From NCBI GenBank assembly GCA_002269645.1, contig NIVC01001891.1:1-64000 (forward strand): a stretch of DNA of 64,000 nucleotides, written 5' to 3'. The notes beneath the pieces were generated by a model. It was not told the DNA's origin and did not search any database. It saw nothing but the letters and a program-made list of their open reading frames with translations. This stretch comes from Macrostomum lignano. Taxonomy: Eukaryota. A program made the position numbers and the translations under genes. Below, piece after piece: positions 12,741 through 23,159 of this stretch. Position 1 is the stretch's first letter; every line of letters starts with the position of its first letter.

Positions 12741-13542
12741 AAATCCAACCTTTCTATTTTTGTGTACAGCGAAAATGCGAAACCGCGAAAGGCCCTTATA
12801 GACAAGACAACATAGCAGATAGACGAGCTGCATAAATAGCTGCTTAAAAGTACAAACTGTCTGGTTGCTTACACAAACGTATAGCGTGACAGACCAAACA
12901 GACAGCGCCAATTGAAGTCTTGCGTACCACACGTGCAAACAGACTTTAGTATATATAAGCATGCTTAATCTCTCCCTCAGCCTCCCAGATCCACACGGAT
13001 GATGTCCCAACATCACCTCATCCCTCAATCCCGACCCCACAGTTCCCCAATCATCTCAACCATCCAACAGAGCCAGATTGCTCTCCCTGATGTTTGCCAT
13101 GCAGCAGTCATCCGCAGGTTGGCTTAAACTTGGGAGTGAGAGGGGATAAAGAGAAAAGGGGATGCGGAAAGAGAAGGAGAGAGAGAGAGTTTCTCCCCAA
13201 CCACGTGGACCATCTGGACTTGTCTCATTGGCTGATTTCTTCACTTCTCCCAGCACGCGCGTACAAAACCTTCGTGGGCGCTGCTAGGGAACCTTTTCTC
13301 TGTCGGGGCTAAAGAATTTAATCTCCGGAGTCGCCGTGTAGGAGGAAGAGAGGTGGCAGCGGTTAGCGGCGGCGCTTGAAAAGCCTCTTTGAGCCTCTTG
13401 AGAGCAACTGCCAGGTAAAAGTCTTTCTTAAACACATTGGAAGCACTACAGAATTACTAAAGAGCAATTTAGACATTTTATAGACTTGTCAAGACTATTT
13501 TTAGTGCCCTGTTTACGTAAGTTTCTCCTGAAAGATGCATAT

Positions 13543-13930
13543 GTAAGAATGGTGTTCATACCTGTAAGAATGGTGTTCATACCTGTAAGAATGGTGTTCA
13601 TACCTGTAAGAATGGTGTTCATACCTGTAAGAATGGTGTTCATACCTGTAGTAATGGTGTTCATACCTGTAAGAATGGTGTTCATACCTGTAGTAATGGT
13701 GTTCATACCTGTAAGAATGGTGTTCATACCTGTAGTAATGGTGTTCATACCTGTAAGAATGGTGTCTATACCCGTAAGAATGGTGTTCATACCTGTAAGA
13801 ATGGTGTTCATACCTGTAAGAATGGTGTTCATACCTGTAAGAATGGTGTTCATACCTGTAAGAATGGTGTTCATACCTGTAAGAATGGTGTTCATACCTG
13901 TAAGAATGGAGTTCATACCTGTAAGAATGG
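13543..13930 (+). repeat. Minisatellite, 21-bp unit (cctgtaagaatggtgttcata)
   Basis: About 18 near-identical units immediately upstream of the SANS-like gene. Confidence 0.95.
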
Positions 13931-14151
13931 CGTTTTACTACATATAACAAGCTTTTTTTATTTTATTACCGGTTGTACCGGTTTTACTGCCGGTTGTGTG
14001 ACTGAAAAAACATTCCTTGAACTTTATAACCCAAACGACCCTGATGTAACACATTACTCACGATTAGCCACGCAGAAATATCAACTCCTTTTGTTCCTAC
14101 AGTTGTCAATCGGCCAAGTTCAAGCCTCAGTCCAGCTCAGACACAGCAGCA

Positions 14152-16377
14152 ATGACTCGAAACCGGGAGCGCTACCACCAGGCCGCCAGGGACGGCTATC
14201 TCGATCTGTTGCGCGAGGCAACGCGAAGCGAGGCGGACGGGCCAGACGAGAACGGAATGAGTCCGGTGATGTGGGCAGCCTTCTATGGCAATGTGGACGC
14301 GCTGAGGCTGCTCATACAGAGAGGGTGAGCGGGTTTTAAGGGGCAGATTGGTTCAACAGTAAAGGCGTCTGACTCTCGCGCCACCACCTCTGGTTTGATG
14401 CACGCGATTTGCACCCACGAGGACCAAATAGAAAGTCAGGGCCGCAGTACAGTATTGGCGCGCTTGTATGCACAACGGAAGGGGCCGTAGCCCAGTGGTC
14501 CCGCGCGGTGCTCTGGTGTGCCAGCGGCCCAGGCTCGACTCCAAATGCAGTCACAACAATTTGGGGCGGAATTGAAATTGCGGCTTGGCTCTGCTCGTGC
14601 AATTAACGGCCTTGAGGGCCACCCCCCAAGGCGCAGTGAAGTGTACATGGCTAACAATAAATAAAGTTAGGGCCGCTGTACACTCCTGTGTGAGTGTGTG
14701 CCTGTGCGTATGACTGCGTACGTATCCACGCGCCTGTGTGCTTGCTCAGGGGAGTCGGCGGAATGGGCAGTAATGCCTCTCGCCGGTTGTGACAATGTCG
14801 CTTGAAGTGCACCAGAGTGCACACAGCCCTGCGAATATTATTAGCATTATCATTGGGACTATGATGTGTGTCAAAACCCGTCCATTTGCTGCAGGGGCAA
14901 CCCGGACAAGACAGACTACATGGGCAGCAGTGCGCTGCACTTTGCCGCACTGAACGGCCACATGAACTGCGTCACCTTCTTAGTAAACTTTGGTGCCAAT
15001 ATTTGGATTTTGGACAACGATTTTCACACGGCACTGGATCTGGCAGGGCTGAGAGACCATCGAGACATCGTTGAGTACCTGGATGGCGTAGCTGGCAAGC
15101 AGGTGAGCATGAACCGGCGAGTTGTATCCAAGATGCGCGAGAAGGCAGCGCTGGAGGCGCAGAAGCGCGTAAAGAAATTCGACCGCCTGATGCGGAAGAC
15201 CAGCAAGAAGCTCGCAAAAAACGACCGGCAGCAGCAGGCGGCCCTGTCCGCTTCGTTTAACTCCTCGTCGTCGAGTGCTAGCACGATACTTCGCTCGAAC
15301 GCCACTAGCAATCCGAACTACCGGCACCAGACAAGGTCAGGGACGGAAGACGACGCCAGCGACCAGAGCCAGTCACGCCAGAGGTCGCTGTCCTTCGGTC
15401 TGACAGCAGCCGGAAGCTCCGGTGGTCGCGCCGGCAGTCTGTCAGACTTAGTCGGTGCGGTAACTCTCCGACGGCCTCAGAACGGCAGCGGGTCCTCTAG
15501 CAACGGCCCGAGGCCTTTCTCAGAATACCTCACCAGTGCGCGATCAAATCGGAGTCGCTACACGTTCGGTGCGGCTAGGAAAGTGGTCAGTCACCACAGG
15601 CAGCAGCAACAGCAACAGAATTCAGCAGGAGTCAGCAACAAAGACTACGGCGACTATAACGACGGCAATCTAGCTTTGTCAGCTTCGTCGCAGAGTTCAG
15701 ACATTGTCTACGCGAGGACAAGCGCCGATGGACGTTCTATTTTGTCCGGACCGGTCTCTGAGCCCGACATGCAGCAGCAACAGGACGCTGGACTGTTCGA
15801 GAGGCCTGGCTTTGGTAGCGTAGCTTTTTTCCACCGGCATCCGCGCACGGCGCCCTCCCAGGCGGCGCTCATGGCAAAAACGTTGAGCTCGTTGAAGGAC
15901 GCTCCACCGCTAGGACAGCAGCCGCAACCGCAGCCGCACCCAATGCTCCTTCAACCGCCGTCGCCGTCCTACAGCAGACGCAGCGGAGCAGCCGACTCGA
16001 TTGGCACGTCAGGCAGCCTGCTGCGCCGGTGGCGCGATCTGCCCTGGTCGGGCGAGGATCTCGACAACCTCGAGGATGACTACGAGTACGACGACGACAA
16101 CGACGACGTTGATGGCAGACTCGGTGGCGGCAAAGGGACTCTGAGACCGAGGAAGCAGGCCGATCTGGAGCTGTTCCTGACCTGCCTGGGCCTCCCGGAC
16201 TGCATGCCAGCGCTGGCCCGCGAGCAGATCGACCTGGACTCGCTCAGCCTGTGCACCGACGCCGACCTGCAGACGCTGGGCCTGCCGCTGGGCCCGCGAC
16301 GAAAAATTCTCGAGGCGATGCAGCGTCGACGCGTCGCTTTTGAGCGACGCGACTGTCTAGTAGACTTGCGACTGTGA
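14152..16377 (+). CDS. USH1G: SANS/HARP family scaffold (ankyrin repeats + central region + SAM), USH1G/ANKS4B homolog, 551 aa
   Basis: Exon 1 14152-14324 ([24 protein letters not shown]...[18 protein letters not shown]), GT donor, AG acceptor, exon 2 14895-16377; total 1656 nt. Contains [18 protein letters not shown], central [11 protein letters not shown] and C-terminal SAM ([10 protein letters not shown]...[10 protein letters not shown]), closely matching vertebrate USH1G as I recall it. Confidence 0.93.
14481..14665 (+). mobile_element. tRNA-derived SINE-like element in SANS intron 1
   Basis: Head ggggccgtagcccagtgg (A box) and ggctcgactcc (B box, 14532-14542), no tRNA acceptor-stem 3' half, ends in aataaataaa. 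Confidence 0.55.
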
Positions 16378-17610
16378 ATGGCTATAATCGTAAAAGTACA
16401 CACGGCTACTCAATAGTTTAGTTCATTCTTAGAAAGCGCAATATCATTTCACTGAAAAGACCACTGCTAAAGTGTGATATCATGGATAACTAAAGTAGAT
16501 TTCGCATGATGCCGGATGTTTTCGCTGCAAAATGCAGCGAATAAGGAAGCTTTTTGGTTTTAGCTAGAATTTTAGTATATGAACTATCAATCTAGTGCCC
16601 CCCTTCGGGGCGGCTAAGAAGCAAGGAACAAAACTTATTAATGCAAGTCCATTAAAAAAGCACATTTTCCTAAGAACCAATTCCTTCTTCCGTTTTATAA
16701 ATCACCCTATTCGAGTTAAATAGACACGGACAAAGATATTTGCAATGAATCTCTTTTTTGAGAAGTAACAAAAAGACAACAAAATAATTAGTCTTCTCGA
16801 AGATAGCAGGCCTTCCCCCAAGATAGCAAGCATCCCCTATATCGCAAGCAATCCTTAAAAAATTTATTCCTTTCTTTGTTGCCTCCCCAAACGTGGGGTG
16901 CTGATACTAAAAATGGGAGTTTAGCTGACACCAACGTGAAGCTTAGTGCTAAAAACACGAAAAACTTCTCATCTTTTCGCTAATGCATTTTGCAGCAAAA
17001 AAGTTCTACTCTAGCTATCTCTGCATAGTAGTATGTATAGTGCCAATGCTACTTTTTATGTATCACAAGTCACTACACACGTAGCTAATAGCGTAAAAAC
17101 TGGCTTATAATCCCATAGTTCGCTAGTTCGATTCCAGCAATGATTGGAAATGCTCATTATTGAAGTTTCTTAGTCTCGTTCACTGCAATACTCATTGAAG
17201 ACAGATGTTTAGCATCACCAGGCGTCGTGATTGGGTAGGACTCAATTGTGCCTGATACGTACTGTGCCATTGTAAATAAATGTTGACGTTTACACTTTGC
17301 AACGAATCGTATTTGAATGTAAAAAAAACTTGTCTGAACCAGCTGTGCATTATTGATTTAAGCGATGTAAGCAAGCGCGGCTTCAGCTTGTGCAATTGCT
17401 GCCGAAAAAAGGGCGTATAGATGATTATTGTACCCTTTTGTATGAAATATGATTGTAACCGGATTTCTAGGACCAATTCTTCCGTTTATGGCACTTTGAA
17501 AGAGCAGGCAGTAAAGATAATCAGCCAAGCGTCTATGGTACTCGTAATTGAAAAGGACAGTAAAGGCGACTAGCCTAACTGTCAAAAATTAACTGTCGTG
17601 GATTTTTAGC

Positions 17611-18163
17611 CAAGGACTACTTAAGAACACAGGACGTTACACTTGCAAATATTGGCAGAATTCTAAAAGGCCGCTTTGAATGCATGTGTCTATGGTTTTA
17701 GTGGCCTTTTTGCTATTTGAAGCAATGTGTATAATACATGAATAGAAATTAAAGCCTAGTGAATAAAGCTTTTTATATGCATGTATACCGACAAAATATT
17801 TATATTTTCTCCAAAAGGTGATCGTGAACAGGGTGTAGAAGTTTAAAAAAAACGAAGAAATACCCAAAAATAACAATAATGACAATATTGAATGATAGGA
17901 ACTACACTTGGTCAACAATAATAATACTTATTCGCTCATTTCCCGATTCATGGACTTGTTCATGGCCTTCATCCAGGAGTCAATTTCAGCCTCTTGTTGC
18001 TCTAACGTAGACTTATGGGAACTTATGAGTATCATGCTACGCTGCTATGCGAATTACTAAGCAAAAAGGCCACTAAAACCATAGACACATGCATTCAAAG
18101 TGGCCTTTTAGAATTCTGCCAATATTTGCAAGTGTAACGTCCTGTGTTCTTAAGTAGTCCTTG
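17611..18163. mobile_element. P-superfamily-type MITE, 553 bp
   Basis: 104-bp TIRs (17611-17714 and 18060-18163, one mismatch) beginning CAAGG; perfect 8-bp TSD tttttagc (17603-17610 and 18164-18171); no coding capacity. Confidence 0.85.
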
Positions 18164-18289
18164 TTTTTAGCTTTCATTCAAAATGATTTCTACCTATAGA
18201 AAAAGGAGCTAAAGAAGTATTATTAAATGAGCTACACTAAAGTGCTGCCTAAGCTAACCAGTGAATATCTGCAAATTCTGGACCGGATT

Positions 18290-18570
18290 GGGAATTAATA
18301 TGGGCCTAAATCGACCGAGATTCGACGAAAACTTAACGTGGCAAGGTTTTGCCAGTTCCTCAAAGAGAAGGGGCTCTGCCAAGAGTTTGAGCGTGTACTG
18401 GGTCGATTCCTGAGCGATTATCTGAGGCTTTTCTATTTGTCTCTTCGAAAGCAGGGTGGAACATACTACGCGCCGAAGTCTCTCATCTGTTTTCGTGCGG
18501 CCATTCAACGGCACCTGGAATCCCCGTCCGTCAATCGCCAGGTGAACATCATTACAGGAGAATCATTACC
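18290..18570 (+). pseudogene. Crypton/DUF3504-associated tyrosine-recombinase N-terminal fragment
   Basis: PKSTEIRRKLNVARFCQFLKEK...YLRLFYLSLRKQGGTYYAPKSLICFRAAIQRHL...RQVNII fits the L-x-x-FY...RK-x-x-G-x-x-Y...SL...RAAIQRHL pattern of CryptonA/ZMYM/KCTD1-type proteins; the catalytic C-terminal part is absent. Confidence 0.65.
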
Positions 18571-19342
18571 GGAGGAACAAAATTATTCCTCGTTGCTTTT
18601 CTTGTTGTTCGTAGTTGTCATGTTTCGATTATTTTCTTTAGGTAAATGCTTCCGTAAAATTTCCGGCAACAATCTTAAACAGCCGGCAAGCAATTGAGTT
18701 GTTGCCGAAAGTCTTACTGCCGAAAACCATAGACAAAAGGGTACAATAGCGACATAGACAGATTCTTTTACGACAGCAATGGCTTTACAGCTACGCGGCT
18801 TCAGCTTACGCAATTGCTGCCGAAAAAATCCGTATATATCGTTACATTGCTCCCTTTTATATCTATGACCGCGGCATCTGTGTTTACGACGTAGCGCTCT
18901 TATGTCTATGGCCAAGACATTCTGCGTGTAAAATGCAGATTGCACCGACTGTTGGTCAGTCTATGTCTATGGCATCGCTCAAGCAACAGCTAAGCTGAGT
19001 GATTCAGAGAGCAGCGTCAGCGCTAAAGAGGAACGACAACAAAAGGCGGCAGACGTCACAAGAAGTTGCAGGATGATCGCCAGGCAAGCGTTGCTTCATC
19101 TTCTTGAAAAGGACCCTTTGCTGATCAACCCATTGGGCTGACGCAGCAGGAACTGTTGTGTTGTCTAGTTAGATTCTAGTTGGCTGATGCCTGATGTACA
19201 TGTACATACAGTGTACATTTTAAATGGCTTGACTGCTCTCAGGACCAAATTGAATGGGAAATATCTGTAGTCCAGTGCCCCAACTAAGGGTGACTCGGCA
19301 AAATAGTTATTGTAAGCTATATAGTATTTATTTTAATCAAAC

Positions 19343-21137
19343 CACAGAACTTACTCAGAATGCTCAATCAGCGATTTAATGAAATTAAACTGCGTAGAAA
19401 TAGATATGCGTACAAACTACTAATCCGGTGAAGAAACATAAGTAGCCATAGACTGTTACTCAAGTGTGTAGCACAAGACCGCCTGATTTATTAAGTCAGT
19501 AACCAGAAACCATGCAGCAATCGAAACGTGAAACGTAGAAACCAGTTAAACTGGAGCAAAAAAAGTTTTGAAGTGATGCAACTCAAAAAGTTGGATAAAA
19601 AACGGAAAAGTGTCATTAAAGCACTGCCATTAGTTGCCAACGTTCATTCGCAAAAATTTCTTGCTCACTGCGTCTGCGCCGAACACTTGCTTCCTCTTCC
19701 TTTGCCTTTGAGTTTCCCGTCGCTGATTGTTGCACCAATGGTGCAGCCGTAGGCGGCAATACAGCGCTGCAAAGCTGATTGCACAACTTACCGAATGGGA
19801 CTCAATGTGCAGATTGAGAGCGGGCTGAATCGCTGCAGCAAATTTTCGCTGAAGGTCTTTGCCAACGCCTTTCTGTTGGAAATAGGATTTGTCACTGCCA
19901 AGAAAGATTTGCTCCATGATCCTGACGGCAGATACCAATTTGTCACTTGGATAAGTCAGACTGGACTCTGCGATGCTCTTCAAATTGATGAAGAGTCTGC
20001 AGGAATTATCAGCAGTCTGCAATTCTGACGTGCATTCGCCGCATGGAGCATTCAAACAGGAAGTCAGATGTCTGCGTAGCAACCAGCCTGCAACATAAGA
20101 AAGCTTCTCATCTTCGATTCCATTTCCATCTGACTCAAGCAACTCAGAAAAATTAGAATCTGAGGTGACTTCGCACAACGAAGTTTGACTGTCGACATTC
20201 TGGTGCTGTTCGCAGTTTCCTGCTGGCTGCGCCACACAGTTGAGAAGAGCACAGTCGTCTCCAGCACAATTTTTTGAATGAGGGTTGCAACTTAGCAGCT
20301 GATTATCAGCAAGAGATCGTAATGCTGCAACTGCCTCTCTGCACTCTGGGCGATCGTTGAAGCCACCTCGACGTCGGATGCAGGAGTCACGAGTGTCGGC
20401 TCCCATTTGTCGAATGCCTTGCCACTGGGTTGCCTCTTGGTCACATACAACTGCGCGCAAGCTTAGTCCCACTTTCTTGATAGCAGTTGCGCACTCCATT
20501 AACATTTGCTTAAACCTCGCAGCGCCATGCCGTCAAGACTCAACGTGCAATTCTTTTCAGCGTTTGTCATAGTGCTGACAATTTTCGAAATGCTGCTGCT
20601 AACCGTAGGGCAAACTCCAGGTTGGCGCAGACAACTCCCGATCTTTCGGCGAATAGTGACGCGGCTTGGCAGTTTAAATCCAATGTCTCGCAGGAAACGA
20701 TGGCAACGGGGACTATAGTGGAGAAGTCCTGTTGCAATTCGGAGTGACGAGCGTGACCACGTTGGTCGATTCCTGTTCGCATTTTTTTGTTGATCGTTGA
20801 TAAATGCGTTTACTAGAGGGCTCAAGCCATGGCACCGAGTTGAGGCGGAGGAAGAGTTGACACAGGAAATTTGGACAGCCATATGCAGCACACTGTTTTC
20901 GCGATTTTGCAGAAGGCATACTTCACTGCAGCAAAACCAAACATCCAAATTCTTTGTGAAAAGACAATGCTGCTGCAAGTGCTGCAAGTTAAATGAATAT
21001 ATCTTGTGCTACACACTTGAGTAACAGTCTATGGCTACTTATGTTTCTTCACCGGATTAGTAGTTTGTACGCATATCTATTTCTACGCAGTTTAATTTCA
21101 TTAAATCGCTGATTGAGCATTCTGTGTAAGTTCTGTG
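19343..21137 (-). mobile_element. Internally deleted (non-autonomous) P-element/THAP9-type transposon, 1795 bp
   Basis: 136-bp TIRs (19343-19478 and 21002-21137, one mismatch) starting CACAG; 8-bp TSD aatcaaac (19335-19342 and 21138-21145). Transposase remnants: MPSAKSRKQCAAYGCPN (ATG 20919), WSRSSLRIA...LPSRVTIRR...CTLSLDGM, AVVCDQEATQW, RGGFNDRP, YVAGW, RLRLHHWC (to 19630). Confidence 0.92.
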
Positions 21138-21614
21138 AATCAAACTGATGGCTAGCTATAAGAGTACACAATTCCCTCGTGTGCATGCATAGCTAAACAG
21201 ATACATATGTGAATAGGTAAAAGAACCGCCTCAAGTCGAAACATAATATTTGACTTCGTGTTTCATTCCTGCCTACCTTCTCGTTCGTGATATCCATTAT
21301 AAACACAAGGTACTGTTTAGTCAAACAATAACGAAAATCTTTCAAGTTGAAAGATTACATTTTACCGTCTAAAGCAATGGTCAACTTTTCAAAATAAGAC
21401 TTCTTTATTGAATCTAATTAAATTTTTAAACAGGCGATCTTGATATGCGCATGCTCGAGTGAGTATTCGTAGGCGTCTTAAGTCTCGACGTGTGTACCAT
21501 CAGTCATCATTTAAAAATAGTAATCCAAACCTGTTAAGTACTTAGTAAGTCAACAGTGCAACCTCGAGGCAAGTACCGCCTTACAACTTCCCAAGTTTTC
21601 TAAGTACATTCGAT

Positions 21615-21815
21615 AAGTACTTTCCAAGTATGCAATATTTTCTTGGGTCACTTCTCAAGTACTTTCCAGTTCCAAGTATGCAATATTTTCTTGGGTCACT
21701 TCTCAAGTACTTTCCAGTTCCAAGTATGCAATGTTTTCTTGGGTCACTTCTCAAGTACTTTCCAGTTCCAAGTATGCAATGTTTTCTTGGGTCACTTCTC
21801 AAGTATACTTTCCAA
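21615..21815 (+). repeat. Minisatellite, 48-bp unit, ~4 copies
   Basis: aagtactttccagttccaagtatgcaatattttcttgggtcacttctc repeated. Confidence 0.9.
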
Positions 21816-23159
21816 GTTACTCGGATGTAGACACATGAAGTGTACTTTGTACTTTGTTCTTTTGTATTTTGGCTGACTTGGGAAGTTTCTAAGCATGTTG
21901 TTTTTCCCGGGCATGGTCGGTGCGACACAGCATAGTACGATCTATCCATAAAAAACTATGCGGAATAACACTAATAGGGTGATTTATGATCCAAGCATAT
22001 AGTATCTATACTATAGTAGTTGACTAATCAATACTTATCATGCAACCAAGATTACAATACAATGAACTACAATTGACAATTAACTGTCAACTAATTAATT
22101 AAGGCGCTAATGATGTTCTTTGACAGATTTATTGCTACTCATAAACCGCAATGAAACAATTATAGATTATTACTGTGCATAATAGTACATACAGAATCAA
22201 TGCAACATTACGTCGTATTAAATTTTCCTGTTATGGAACACGTAAATGCGCCTGTGCAAGTTCAAGTGGGTCAGTTGCTCAAATAATTTAGCATTTTAAC
22301 GCATTAGCCAAGGAACGATACTGAAGTGGAATTTCCTTAATAGGTGCAAACAGGATGCGAACTTTGGAAGCACCTTAGCAAACGGGACCCAATGCTCACA
22401 GGAGATTGCTGAGATGCCAAAAGGCTCAAGGGGGAGTTGCTGAGGCTCAATGGCCAATAAAAGCACTTTCCTCGACTTTTCAAGCTAGATTTTAGCACAG
22501 GTATACAGTTGCCTCCAAAGCTCCCTTAGAAGATGTCCAAACATCTAAATTTTTAGGCCATGCTTGCTATGTCTTTCCTGTGATTGGTGGCTACTCATAA
22601 ATCTGTTTAAAAGTAATTAGGAAATTATAATTTTTTATAGTATTTATTCTCGAGCCAAAGGGCTTACAGTTTGATTAATTTTAGTTTGGTTTACAACCCA
22701 ATCATGCATGTCATAAATTTGTCGTAGCAATAGTAGACACATGAACCATAAAATCAAGCTGCTCCACTGAGGTTTTCGGGCTCAAGAGAACTCAATAAAA
22801 GTAGGAAAAAATCTGAGAGCAGTAAAAACATGATCATCATTAGGAGCGTTGATAGATATCAAAAAGTGATGCCACAAAACAGTATCCCAGGAATGAAATG
22901 AATTTTTTCAGTTATTTGGTGTGCACTTAGCCAATCCAGAAAGGATTCACAGTGGATTAATTGCTAAAGCGCTGCAGTTAGCCTAGAGTCTCTAAATATT
23001 GCCATCTCACTGATTTGCCCTACTCAAATGATATTTTGAAGTGCAGCGTGTGAGAGCAGCGATTTGTAGGTCGAATTTCACTAATATTTAGCATCACGTG
23101 ATTCTGGAATGACCAAGAAACGTCTCCCAAGCTAAAGAAATCTTTCTTTACACCTGTCA

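Noticed and set aside
13241-13435. ORF (V)FKKDFYLAVALKRLKEAFQAP...
   Set aside because: GTG start, no recognisable family, no supported splice partners.
14481-14560. Possible tRNA-Ala gene
   Set aside because: A and B boxes are present but the acceptor stem and anticodon arm do not close; treated as a SINE head.
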